A stretch of 64,000 nt of DNA from Planctomycetales bacterium (GTDB lineage Bacteria; Planctomycetota; Planctomycetia; Pirellulales; Pirellulaceae): contig JAGQOY010000001.1 in assembly GCA_020427005.1 (NCBI GenBank), positions 65,716-129,715 of the forward strand. Reading direction: 5' to 3'. A program made the position numbers and the translations under genes. This document shows positions 41,501 through 47,486 of the stretch, one piece after another (positions within the stretch are counted from its first letter, which is position 1; every line of letters starts with the position of its first letter). Under the pieces are notes generated by a model. The model was not told the origin of the DNA. It saw only the letters and a program-made list of their open reading frames with translations, and did no database searches.

Positions 41501-41960
41501 AGATCTCGAGAGCTATATTGATAAGCTTCTAATAAATGAGAGCTTTCAGAAGTATCTAACCCCCAATTTCTTTAGGAATGCGTCATACAGCTTGAGGGAC
41601 AATTCTGCTCGTCTTTTTTCAACAGTGATTAGGTTTAAAACGGCGCAAATCGTCGGTGATCGGAACCTCAAAGGCGGGCGTTACTATTTGTATCTGCCTT
41701 CTCCACCGACTCGAGCGTTAATCCCGAGAATAAACCCGATCCCAATCCCAAAGATAAAAATTCTGGACAAACCATTAGTGCTCTTTACAAACAAACGTAC
41801 GTGGCGTTTGTGGGGTGTAGGTTATGGCAAGAGAACAAGCCCCCAACAGTATTTTAGAATGGACTACGGACCCTTTGATCATGATAATGACGATCCCAAT
41901 CGAGTGTGGAGAGACGGTGCGTACCATTATCATGTTCCCACGAGCGGAGAACAAAAATAG
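26544..41960 (+). CDS. Giant RHS/YD-repeat protein, 5138 aa: Planctomycete extracellular motif, dockerin-like repeat, cadherin/putative Ig domains, split vWA, PPC-like repeat array, PKD/Ig, RHS core, C-terminal toxin-like tip
   Basis: FEQLESRHLL; two NPLNVNGD/YLDVSCDG...PxDAL-VIN dockerin-like repeats; many NxxPxxxSxP...YxYxxxAxDPDGD units; DESGS MIDAS motif; YD repeats; core end RYLYANGNPALFIDPSG. Confidence 0.93.
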   Translation: MRNALRRLLPRFQQVKQNNQKKRLGCFEQLESRHLLVAAVWNNVINPLNVNGDSAGFVTPIDALLVINELNGTRHSDPASGRLPRQVQAEVTLPYLDVSCDGFVSPLDALIVINYLNSNPSQPGSSFQSGGGTWIATACSPQLLEGTGFTTEFSRVLTLPDDSSAIRILFEAPDFDTSSKRTIRDAFEIAITDLDGNPVTWPYSRDQNVVYNWTEDLEPIFSSTTRTTTAPLGQDSSVIVDLAGLPALSQVRVTARLVNNDFDNETSVIVRGIEVVNSASQYSTGQVPAQLSSSVSTRLDFSVLSDVTSSVSATYKHTSFDDTVETLVAEVALFNEAGFAIDGPIVMAIKNITNPSVGVGGNDGYTPDGAPYFDFTRLIDQNSLDPGDISEPLSLFFHNPTGERFGYDLVVYGQLNRAPIIESTPIIDAQSGRSYIYDVEARDPDGDQLDYQLTVAPSGMTIDRQTGLIHWQPTMNDNGSHVVEVDVYDGRNGRENQVFSLSVWSFLPNRPPVFTSVPPVNTSVNASYEYLAKARDPDGDSLSYSLLSGPDSLTIDSSGLVNWNPLAGQVGTFAVALQVDDGHGGLATQSFQIQVAAEIGNGSPYFVSDPLDFFHLPAMTNPSSGNVAPVELELDLPPGESIVQSISITLPPDGGHGGFADIVLIVDESGSMVGEHAWLAEMVLSLEAQLAARGIGPNRYGLVGFGGIGDREPGHVFYLADSAVGAQWRLYGPAGELVSASNHLEGIDFAVTSRGTHTLVLGVDDNQSTVGEYDFRFEEVAQVPVTSSGFDVLHAGTITSAHPSDVFHFQANAGTEILIDVLASRSATLTLEIWDPEGNSLHLDALNRDLGIYALPQSGEYTIEVKGITIDDEGDYAFRVVDLSQSTTVDFDQMIQGKLESSYQTTAFHITGQTGKKLEFVVNGNVADANFRLIGPDGRTVVTPGQFADFIAEIQATADYVLLVESMVDNLDFAFTVSEIMPAADAIVFGNTTKGVIDTPGVKKTHRISIEADSLVYVDSLTADIDLLWSLTGPRGEEVVDEPWTRNRNNFLALVPGDYRLTVQGSGDATGGYAFRVLNVATASLMTPGMPVSGVLEPGNLTHQFQLNALAGEQYYFDVRQRASGEWRLFDPYGGQVFGNTFGDVETIKISNSGRYTLLVEGRFSELDSQVYSINVQPVVNSHNSLTLGETISDRIGVAGEQDTYSFTLASDALVTFDSLLDSELRWSLSGPRGEEVNNERLGTSDARNSNSVLRLVAGDYQLTIDAIADGTGDYAFRLLDLSSAVSITTGTEVSGSLIPGNQTHLYQLSAQAGDQFTFDAIQTANGYWRLVDPYGRQVFSNSFSVVDMLTAPVSGVYTLMIEGQVTTVDPQEYSFGVQFLGNNPPTSFSGTPLSLGDTVQGSIVSSGEQDGFTFTLASDSYLLIDSLTNNSQLRWSVVSHRGGEVTEQRFDSLGAGAAGYLFSLVPGDYQLIVRGIGDATGDYGFRLLDLASATLLTPAVPVSGTLDPGNQTHLYQFNALVGEQYFFDVLQAATAYWRLVDPYGGEVWGGRNFTDQETLSLPASGIYTLVVEGRVTENDPQDYSLNVQRVVVTSEAITLGSIVGGSIGVGGEFDEYRFTLATDAQLVFDSLTNSSLRWSLIGPRGDEVVNRRLDGSDAVSSNYVLSLVAGDYLLTVDGSGDATGDYAFRLLDLASAVSIVPGTILSGTLNPGNATHIYEFQAEADDLFYFDALDLTNGHWRLLDEYGGQLFSNSLADVDTLSLPHSGRFTLLVEGSAAAMDPQGYVFNVQPIAMTTLALTLGDTISESISVAGERDAYTFTLASDSYLAFDALTNTRLLWNLFGPRGDEVLNQRFDLSDSRNANNVLSLVAGDYLLTVDGSGDASGDYAFRLLDLATGSLITPATPVSGTLDPGSQSHAYRLAASAGDQFFFDVLQRPTGFWRLIDPFGNQIFSNALSDVNMQTLPVSGDYTLLVEGRVSTSDPQDYSVKVEFLGNDPPNAFTGQALSLGETISDSIAAVGEQDAFTFTLASNSQLIFDSLTNDAQIRWSLQGRSGEEVVNRQLSLSDASSTNFVLPLAAGDYQLTIHGNGAATGDYAFRLLDLASAVSIDSGMTVSGMFDPGNEIRLYQFGAQAGEQLFFDALQSPLGYWRLIDPFGGQVFSNTFSDVGRLTMPSSGQYTLIAEGRISESDPQAHTFAIWSDRTIRDEISIGPTVFGEASISGDRDLYSIRLHRGQKIFFDSIDSIPDVQIRLTAPLGELVYEGSLNADSPLIEISFDGLYALTTDTQGTETGRYAFRIVDQASSDSINVDRQYQGNFSPVRQLQLFEFEGSVGQRFRLTSSGDPYLVDAATLVAGTSQLVTAGDTEDGYDAIDSALTDYEFREAAALNFVLITDEDRDILDSNLGFESVLAGLSSRNILLNGVLDASFVDGHGSVPVGVDFQGNAYLPDGHGGFTRSEGGQFVSGQGTTKQDYVDLAWTTGAAAWDLNQLRSGGLLAESFTQAFVEIKAREIHQQLQLDLAITDPTVSFSNQTGPLSGIAPGETATFDIQLTGDGHAHNFDVQFVRAGGTVIGTLPVTLNAAYHYPARAIDPEGDQLTFRLVAGPDGAVMDAQTGIITWIPRMPGVYSFEIAASDGRGGVASQCFDVTVDLGGPNEIPVVTSLPLEVATVLRPYHYLVTAENSDGDPLSFYFLDAPIGMSIDRTSGVISWTPERLQIGAHPVTVHVLDGRGGEAVQSFTIDVGIDRANSAPTIHSSPSALVKVGYLYSYSVVATDLDADRLQFDLPVKPKGMQISSTGEMSWIPEPNQVGTHRVILLVRDGHDGVDVQDFSITVAALNNAPVITSSPAGPATVGFPYEYRVTAQDADDDILDFQLDAAPQGMTIDQMTGRIVWSPTSNDIGTNSVAVLVRDARDGLTVQSFDLQVVANSTNEPPVVSSIPREKVLVGHQYRYQIVAADPNGDPLNYSATKATIGMTLDSNGLLVWHPSSDQFDSHDVSITVSDGRGGQVTQDFQIAVVTSIVNQPPRIVSEPRFYALIDEQYQYDARATDGDNDALFWELTDGPLGMSIDPVLGTVRWTPSLKDGGVHDVVITVVDENGGGFSQSYSINVRPVNLPPMFESFPPTVALVGQLYSYRVAATDPDSDLVAISLDPAAIDRGMTIDSSTGLIQWTPELAQVGAHNVRITAADVPHGATVNQEFSIVVSEMAGGRPPTFTSLPPFFATAGQLYSYAVVATDPEGQPVRLEVVAANSPQGMSFVAGTGTLEWIPTSSQLGQNSVSIVAIDPQGNVGRQNFSIDVMSSNLPPEFVGQVRSSVILGNVYRTDIRAIDPDGDDSAITFVLDSDSISRGLMIDPLGRIEWTPTLPDLGENEVAVTATDERGASRNAKFVVRVVPDSQPPQVSLSLAQNPVEIGNPVVAFANVTDDVGVELIEYYIDGVAVAREPNGILDYLFTTAGNYEIKVVATDASGNVGQASAQQTVTGGTVTDLDGEGDPPQLTFESLLTQSGEVIQIAGGLARRTIEITNLTQVFATITDEDNNLTSYTLSYAPRGEAFIDILRVESPLGETLSPLDNANIGTFDPTTLANGSYTLRLTAQDAGGNRVRRFLQLEVGGDLKIGNFTLSFTDLAIPVSGIPLTVSRTYDTLNANTQNHLGYGWRLEIQDANLQTSVRPTGTEKFGSYNAFYNGARVYVTLPGGRRTGFTFQPKLVTLPAGVQIPFYEPVFVPDPGVTSELSVSAETYLWLSGGGYSVSGRPYNPADPVFGGRFFMTTDAGISYEIDAASGQIRTVADTNNNTLSFTESGIISSTGKSITFERDPRGRITAVIDPMGNRVEYAYDQNGDLVGVIDRTGNQTTFAYGDPTQPHYLTNVIDPLGRSGIRTEYDDQGRMIRMIDSDGNPVELIHDPEHSIETVVDQLGNRTTHEYDTLGNVVKTVDAEGGVTTRTYNDPVNPTLETSITDPLNRTTTYVYDSASNVISQTDPLGNSTLLSYQQLTVSSGVYSLVKRTIASPTVRVDPLGNLTTYDYDASGNLLTAQNSEGQFGSLVYDTTGNPTHVSILAQETVFQHNAAGNVIRQQVEGGVTRTFSFDANGNQLTESILGSDSDRFKNIVSSHLFDGEGRVIKTTTAEDDVLLYVLASIYDTVGNRIAAIDGLGNVTKYVYDSRGLLIETILPDDTPSDDTDNLRQKTEYDAAGNAIAETDEAGRVVRYEYDGLGRQTKVILPIATSDDPNDEDPSDNPFIETVYDLAGQVVMEIDARGNATHFEYDAVGNRTTTILPDETPLDLSDNPRIFESYDASGRRISTTDPLGRVTQFSYTAGGLSLTTVYADSTSTSNSYDARRQLTARTDQNGSTTKYDYDSSGRLVAVVQPLGGWDLRTEYEYDRFGNLIVQRDASGREARFEYDGLRRPTKTMLPDDTPGNLADNLYSTTEYDLLGRVVSTTDFNGNIVQFEYDTLGHLIKKDFPTGTDVTYTYTTTGQRETVSDARGVTSYQYDFQDRLVQRVDPDGATISYTYDAAGNRTSVTTTVPGSAPRTTEYSYDAQNRPLTVTDPEGLITSYFYDAVGHLVRTELPNGTYETRDYNDVGSLVAVQSFGGTDQILFGIQYELDAVGNRTRIVEETSDGRRGVDYAYDELYRLVGETMFEDVVDPLDLANETADRIIAYVYDNVGNRLQRNDSAEGVTTYEYDSMDRLLSETLTEQAGDVVTITYSYDDNGNTVSKSTDRNGNPVDTVLYGWDYENRLIAVDTDGDGTDDIEYEYDAYGIRVSRADNGDKSNFLVDNNRPYAQVLEEYTPAGVIKVSYVHGLDLISQNRPAETGKSFYLVDGLGSTRALSDALGIITDRYVYKAFGQLIAQNGVTPNVHLFAGEQHDAVTELDYLRERYLSASAGRFLTRDTYAGSHASPMSMHRYLYANGNPALFIDPSGLFSISEQAAVEDLQGIFRSTVANVTKLFELLDRAESTATTLDLIISLLNVTTNMTDLESYIDKLLINESFQKYLTPNFFRNASYSLRDNSARLFSTVIRFKTAQIVGDRNLKGGRYYLYLPSPPTRALIPRINPIPIPKIKILDKPLVLFTNKRTWRLWGVGYGKRTSPQQYFRMDYGPFDHDNDDPNRVWRDGAYHYHVPTSGEQK

Positions 41961-42021
41961 GGACTGAAGGGGGCAGGCTACCGATTGAGCTGGCGGGTAG
42001 GCCAATATCTAATTTGTCGGC

Positions 42022-42249
42022 AGTGTGGCACTGAAAAGTTTGATGCGTCGTATTGTGTGGCTCTTCTGGCGTCGCCAGTGGGATCTGATGTTAGCAGCTT
42101 GCGCGGGCTTGAACGCTGGTTCTACCTGAAGAATTGACGTCCACATAGATCGCATCTCGAGCTTAGTGAGGTGCTTTGCTCGTGGTTTAGGGGCGCCCGG
42201 GAAATCAAGCTGGCAAAGAACAGCCACACTGGTGAAGCAGTGCCACACT
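42022..42249. repeat. Inverted-repeat element with 12-bp arms AGTGTGGCACTG / CAGTGCCACACT (REPIN/MITE-like)
   Basis: Perfect 12-bp inverted arms at 42022-42033 and 42238-42249. Confidence 0.55.
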
Positions 42250-42310
42250 CTTGCGAACTAGTTGTACCGCACCGAATTACGGCCGCCCTGAAGCCCATGC
42301 GTCAACGTGA

Positions 42311-42460
42311 ATAGTGAGCCCAACCCGCTAGCGTAGGGTTTATCAGTTATGAATGGGGTAAACCGGTGTGAGTTCAACGCAATATCGCACAAGGGTGGGG
42401 TATCGTACTGGGGGCGTTTTGTAACGCGGGACCCTCGGCTAACGCCGTAGGCTCAGTTAT
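42311..42460. repeat. Degenerate inverted REP-like doublet starting ATAGTGAGCC (family 4)
   Basis: atagtgagcccaacccgctagcgtagggt ... accctcggctaacgccgtaggctcagttat; related single copy at 51480-51508. Confidence 0.5.
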
Positions 42461-42760
42461 GGGTAACCGTTAATAGCTTTCGGTGCTTACAAAAGCAAAC
42501 CACTCATCTAGTGCAAGCAAATCCCCCTGACCGCTAGAACTTTTCGTTGAGTTCACCGCTACGTCATAAACCTTATGGATCTAAATCTATAGGGACACTA
42601 TGTATGGCTTTGAAACTAAACCGTGAACGGTTACGAAAATTTTGCTGTCTTCCTTCAGGTATAGGATTGGTTGGAAGATTGTTTTGTGGGCCGTAGAATG
42701 AAATTGTCGTCCTAGGAGACTCTAGTTAGATCGCAGTTACCTTATTTGAGGAGTGCGAGA

Positions 42761-43636
42761 ATGACTAAGCAACTCGATTTCGCTTCCGTGTTGCGTGCTG
42801 TGGATTCGACACTGCTGCAGGCAGGCCTACCAAACCTGACAGTAGATGCTCGGGTATTCGAAGAGTTCATGTCTCGAATGGACCGAGTCAACGGTGCCAT
42901 GCAGGCTGATGCTCGTCGATTGGCAGCCGACCTTGAGCCATTTGATCCTGTGTTGCTAGCGCGAGGTTACATCGCACGGCTTATTTTGGTCGGAATTAGT
43001 AATCGGCAACTACTGCAAGGTGTCTACGAAGAAATCCAACGGATAGGAGTCCACGAGTTCATCGAGCAAGTAAGAGCAAGGCCTCAACTAGTAAATCAAA
43101 TTTCTGGAGCAGCCGAGGCCTATCACGATGTCACGTGCTTTGCGAATGCAACAAGCAAAATGCTGAGTGAAGCTGTCATGAAGTTAATGCTGATAGCTGG
43201 GCAGGATGATCCGAATCGTCTGCAAGAACTGGTAAGGATCTCAAGCCATCTGTCGAATCTAAATGCCGAGGCCGCGCGCCGTCAGCGCGAACAGGCCGTA
43301 GAGGAGGCGAAAGAAGCCGAGATGACTCCCGGAATTTCGGAAGTATTTGAGATCATAAGGTGGATCGTTATTGTAGTGGCGATCCTGATCATTGTTGTGA
43401 CTGCAATTATTGTCACTCCACACTCTGCATCTCAGAACCGCGTGCTTTTTTGCCCCATACTGATTTCCGTTACGTATCAGTTACAGCGGGCAAATCAGAT
43501 TGCTGGTGGTTGTGTGAGTCAGGCCAAGTTAGATTACGAAAAGTGTTTAAGGTTAGCGACAAACCCAAATCAAATCGCCAAGTGCACATCCAGGTACCTG
43601 GCAAGTTTGGCTCGAGAATGCAGGCTAGCGAATTAG
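42761..43636 (+). CDS. Hypothetical helical membrane protein with Cys-rich C-terminal tail
   Basis: GAGGAG ribosome-binding site before ATG 42761; hydrophobic segment IIRWIVIVVAILIIVVTAIIV; five Cys in the last ~60 aa. Confidence 0.75.
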   Translation: MTKQLDFASVLRAVDSTLLQAGLPNLTVDARVFEEFMSRMDRVNGAMQADARRLAADLEPFDPVLLARGYIARLILVGISNRQLLQGVYEEIQRIGVHEFIEQVRARPQLVNQISGAAEAYHDVTCFANATSKMLSEAVMKLMLIAGQDDPNRLQELVRISSHLSNLNAEAARRQREQAVEEAKEAEMTPGISEVFEIIRWIVIVVAILIIVVTAIIVTPHSASQNRVLFCPILISVTYQLQRANQIAGGCVSQAKLDYEKCLRLATNPNQIAKCTSRYLASLARECRLAN

Positions 43637-43707
43637 ACGCGGTGGCCAAACCAAAGATTGATCGAGCACGTTACTTTCGATGTTTCAACCAGTCACGTTT
43701 ACGTTCG

Positions 43708-44070
43708 TTACGATTCACCGTCCTCGGTGGAATCCAGGGTGTCGTTCTCTGGTTTTTCTGGGCGCCAGCTCGGCCGCTGCCGTCTGGCTCGCGGGTGATG
43801 ATGGGCTTTCAGTTCGGGTGCGTCGCTAGGTTGAATTTTCATGGCCAGTGGTCGAGCACTTCGCCGGACGCGAGTGGCCTGCAACTTCCGCTTCTCAATC
43901 TTATCGAGTTCATTTATTTCATATTCGACTTCATCCCCTTCGCGCAAATCTAAGCTACCAACCTTCTCTACTTTGGAAAAATGGAAGAAGACATCTTCTT
44001 TCAAATCTTCCGAGCGAATAAAGCCTATTTTTTTGTCTGGAATTACTTTAACAACAACACCTACGCGCAT
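43708..44070 (-). CDS. Cold-shock domain protein
   Basis: GVVVKV...GFIR...DVFFHFS...EGDEVEYE (RNP1/RNP2-like motifs) and a basic C-terminal tail; likely ATG at 44070. Confidence 0.88.
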   Translation of the reverse strand: MRVGVVVKVIPDKKIGFIRSEDLKEDVFFHFSKVEKVGSLDLREGDEVEYEINELDKIEKRKLQATRVRRSARPLAMKIQPSDAPELKAHHHPRARRQRPSWRPEKPENDTLDSTEDGES

Positions 44071-44183
44071 AGAAGCATTCAGTACAAGAGGGAATATCGG
44101 AAACTGGCGGCCTGAGTTCGGACACTTGTAACACAAGGTCACTCGTTGACAACACGGTAACGAGTTATGCCTACAGAATAGCG

Positions 44184-44777
44184 TCAGTTGTCAAAAATGC
44201 TATTTGGCACAATCTTAACGCCGCAAATCCTGGCCACGAAACTGTTAGCAATAATTCGCATCGCCTGAACCCACATTTTTTGCTCGTCAGCAAAGACAAT
44301 TTGTGGTGAAACTGGAACTGGCAGCCAAATCTCATCTCCCAGTTCTTGCTCAAGCTGCCCCGGCCCCCAATTGGCTTGACCTACAAAAATTCGGACTTCG
44401 GCTTCGGTCTTGGAGACCAAACTTCGTAGGCTTGCAACTTGCGCTGCTACGTACACGCCGTCGCCACCTGTGTATTCAGCGAATTCTTGACAATCATGAA
44501 TGGCAACCACGGGTCCCGCCTGGGGGCCGCCAAAATGAAGCGACTTTGGAGTTAGCTTTTCGCTCGATAGTCCAAACAGTTCCTTCCAAAATTTCGGCGA
44601 AGATTGAATAGTTCGGTTTAAGCAGACCCCAATCGCGCCCTGTTCGCTGTGGTGGACAAGCAGGCAAACCGCGCGCTGCCAAGGTCCAGTGGAGACGTTG
44701 GGGGATGCGACTAGCAATGTGCCACGCAAACTGAGATCGCGCAAAGTGGGATTGGAAAGTGAACTAAATCGATTCAT
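44184..44777 (-). CDS. yqgE: YqgE/AlgH family protein (DUF179)
   Basis: LLVASP, VCLLVHH...GAIGVCLNR, HFGGP, FVGQANWGPGQLEQEL...W. Confidence 0.9.
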   Translation of the reverse strand: MNRFSSLSNPTLRDLSLRGTLLVASPNVSTGPWQRAVCLLVHHSEQGAIGVCLNRTIQSSPKFWKELFGLSSEKLTPKSLHFGGPQAGPVVAIHDCQEFAEYTGGDGVYVAAQVASLRSLVSKTEAEVRIFVGQANWGPGQLEQELGDEIWLPVPVSPQIVFADEQKMWVQAMRIIANSFVARICGVKIVPNSIFDN

Positions 44778-45148
44778 GGCAAGTAAAGTTCGACAAAAAC
44801 GATGCCCCTTAAAACAGGTTGCTCAACACCGATCACTCCTACCAAAAGGCAGCAGAGTATCCTGAGCCGTCGAGGCTGTACTTACACTTCAGTAAATGGG
44901 CAAATTCACGAAAGCTGCCAGCGTGGCATGGAGCAATGAACAACCATCCATTTCTATTGCAACTCACGTGCCAATGGATATGCTTAGTGATAAAAATCGT
45001 ATCTGAGTGGAACTGCATGCTAAATGGGAATCGCGAACAAGCCCTTATGCCGGGTCGAAAAGGTTGTCAGAATGACAGTAGGATGTAAGTAATAGATTCA
45101 TTGTTAGGTATGTTCGGTCGACTGCGATACGTTCTTAGGAGAAATCAA

Positions 45149-45793
45149 ATGGATTTGCATGAGTTGCGGCGAAATTATGACCAGCAGACTTTAAATCCCG
45201 GCAATCTCAGAAGTGACCCGATTCAGCAATTTCGCGAGTGGTTTGAGCATGCACGTGCGACTGACAGTGCGTCGTGGTTCGAACCAAATGCTATGACAAT
45301 GTCCACGGCCGATCAGCGCGGTCGGGTCTCGAGCCGCATCCTACTGTTGAAAGCCGTGTCGGAAGAGGGGTTCACTTTTTTTTCCAATTATCAGTCGGAC
45401 AAGGCGCGGCAGCTGGTTGAGAACAATCAAGCCAGTTTGCTATTTTTCTGGCCACATGTCGAACGACAGGTTCGCATCGAGGGCACGGTGGTACGAACGG
45501 ATGCACAGACCAGCGACGAATACTTTGCCGGTCGTCCTCGAGGAAGTCAAATAGGGGCCGTTGTGAGCCGCCAGTCTGCGATTCTGCCTTCGAGGGACAA
45601 GCTTGAAGCCGACGCTGCGGATCTTGAGAAGCAATACGCGGACAAGCTGATTCCCCGCCCGGACTTTTGGGGTGGCTATCTTCTGACTCCTGTACGGGTG
45701 GAATTCTGGCAAGGCCGTCCTAGTCGCTTGCATGACCGATTTCTGTACACGCGTGACGGTGATTGCTGGCAAGTTGTACGTCTGTCGCCATGA
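45149..45793 (+). CDS. pdxH: Pyridoxine/pyridoxamine 5'-phosphate oxidase
   Basis: AGGAGA ribosome-binding site; EPNAMTMST, SRILLLK, QVRIEG, YFAGRPRGSQIGAVVS, EFWQGRPSRLHDR. Confidence 0.95.
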   Translation: MDLHELRRNYDQQTLNPGNLRSDPIQQFREWFEHARATDSASWFEPNAMTMSTADQRGRVSSRILLLKAVSEEGFTFFSNYQSDKARQLVENNQASLLFFWPHVERQVRIEGTVVRTDAQTSDEYFAGRPRGSQIGAVVSRQSAILPSRDKLEADAADLEKQYADKLIPRPDFWGGYLLTPVRVEFWQGRPSRLHDRFLYTRDGDCWQVVRLSP

Positions 45794-45921
45794 CGATGTA
45801 AATCTATGGTCGAGCATAGGACGGGTTATAATCAAATATCAACTTCAACGCGCGGAAATGACTTAAATCAGCAATTTGAAGTTGAAAGCCAGGCAATTTC
45901 CCAATCAGGCTAGGATTCATT

Positions 45922-47373
45922 ATGTGGCGTTCACCGCTTTCGCTCCCCTTCCCTGTCGGTTCGCGACGAACTTTTCTAGGCCACCAAGCCGGTGGTTTAG
46001 GTGCATTGGCTTTGGTTGATTTACTTACTCGAACTTCTCGCGCCGCCGACAAGGATTCAACCGCAGACGCGGCGCCCTGGCGGGGCGTTGTTCACCCTTA
46101 TCATTTCCCGCCCAAATGCAAGCGAATCATTCATCTGTGCATGGCTGGGGGCCCGAGCCATTTAGAGACGTTTGACTTCAAGCCCAAATTGAAATCGCTC
46201 GACGGACAACCGATGCCCAAGAGTTATACCGAAGGCCAACAAATTGCTCAGTTGCAGGGGCAAAAAGACAATCTCAAATGCCTAGGGCCACAACACTCGT
46301 TCAACAAGTTTGGGCAGTCGGGAATCGAAGTTAGCAGCATTTTGCCAGAGATCAGCTCCATCGTGGATGACATCTGCGTGATCAATTCGATGCACACCGA
46401 TCAGATCAATCACGATCCCGCTCACACGCTGATGAATACTGGTAGTGCAGTTCCAGGGCGTCCTAGTATGGGAGCCTGGTTGTTATATGGCCTGGGATGT
46501 GAAACGGATAACTTGCCAGGCTATGTGGTGATGACTAGCGTGGGTGGTGGTCAATCTCAACCGATTGCCTCGCGTCAGTGGCACAGCGGGTTTTTGCCAA
46601 GTCGATTTCAAGGTGTTGAATTTCGCTCTTTGGGCGACCCGGTTTTATATGTTAAGAGCCCCGCTGGAGTTAATATTCAAAAGCAACGTGATGTGATTGA
46701 AGCGATTGAAAGTCTTAATTCGATCGGCAATCAGGTTTTTCATGATCCTGAAATCGATACACGCATCGCCCAGTATGAACTTGCTTTTAAAATGCAGACC
46801 AGCGTTCCGGAGCTCATGGACATATCCAACGAACCACAGCACATTTTGGACCTGTATGGGACGCCCGGAGGCGACGGTTCCTTTGCAGCCAATTGCCTTC
46901 TCGCCAGACGTTTAGCGGAACGAGACGTACGGTTCATTCAGCTTTATCATCGAGGCTGGGATCATCACGGTGGCATCAAGGACGGTTCCGCCACAACGGG
47001 TGCCTTGGTTGACAGAGGAACTGCGGCTCTGGTGAAAGACCTAAAACAACGCGGTATGTTAGACGAAACACTGATCATTTGGGGAGGCGAATTTGGCCGT
47101 ACGCCTATGGCCCAAGGTTCTGGCCGCGATCACCATATCAAAGGGTTTTCGATTTGGATGGCTGGCGGCGGCATCAGGGGCGGCATGAAATATGGCGCGA
47201 CGGACGAACTTGGTTATGCGGCCATCGAAAACCCAGTCCATGTAAATGATCTCCATGCCACGCTGTTATATTTATTCGGTATCGATCATGAACGCCTAAC
47301 CTACCGTTTTCAGGGTCGAGATTATCGGCTTACCGACATTGCCGGAAAATTGATCCAGCCCATTCTGGCTTAG
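45922..47373 (+). CDS. DUF1501 domain protein (planctomycete-type, twin-arginine-like leader)
   Basis: SRRTFL, GGPSHLETFDFKP, RPSMGAW...YGLG, WGGEFGRTP, VHVNDLHAT, RLTD. Confidence 0.92.
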   Translation: MWRSPLSLPFPVGSRRTFLGHQAGGLGALALVDLLTRTSRAADKDSTADAAPWRGVVHPYHFPPKCKRIIHLCMAGGPSHLETFDFKPKLKSLDGQPMPKSYTEGQQIAQLQGQKDNLKCLGPQHSFNKFGQSGIEVSSILPEISSIVDDICVINSMHTDQINHDPAHTLMNTGSAVPGRPSMGAWLLYGLGCETDNLPGYVVMTSVGGGQSQPIASRQWHSGFLPSRFQGVEFRSLGDPVLYVKSPAGVNIQKQRDVIEAIESLNSIGNQVFHDPEIDTRIAQYELAFKMQTSVPELMDISNEPQHILDLYGTPGGDGSFAANCLLARRLAERDVRFIQLYHRGWDHHGGIKDGSATTGALVDRGTAALVKDLKQRGMLDETLIIWGGEFGRTPMAQGSGRDHHIKGFSIWMAGGGIRGGMKYGATDELGYAAIENPVHVNDLHATLLYLFGIDHERLTYRFQGRDYRLTDIAGKLIQPILA

Positions 47374-47413
47374 GTTGTTTTAGGCTTTGCCTTGGACGCA
47401 GATTATTGCCTCT

Positions 47414-47445
47414 CCGCGAAATTAGCAGCAATCGCTGCTTTGCGG
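47414..47445. terminator. Possible hairpin terminator between convergent genes
   Basis: CCGCGAAATTAGCAGC-AATC-GCTGCTTTGCGG; lacks a clear U-tract. Confidence 0.3.
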
Positions 47446-47486
47446 ATCAGCATCTAACTTGAGACAAAATTTAGCATTCGTGGGGC

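Noticed and set aside
43360-43953. 197-aa plus-strand ORF
   Set aside because: It overlaps both the 42761 gene and the opposite-strand cold-shock gene and has no protein-like motifs.
44895-44935. c-di-GMP-I riboswitch-like GGCAAA...GAAA upstream of pdxH
   Set aside because: The stem around GAAA does not pair and the downstream GACGCAAA element is missing.
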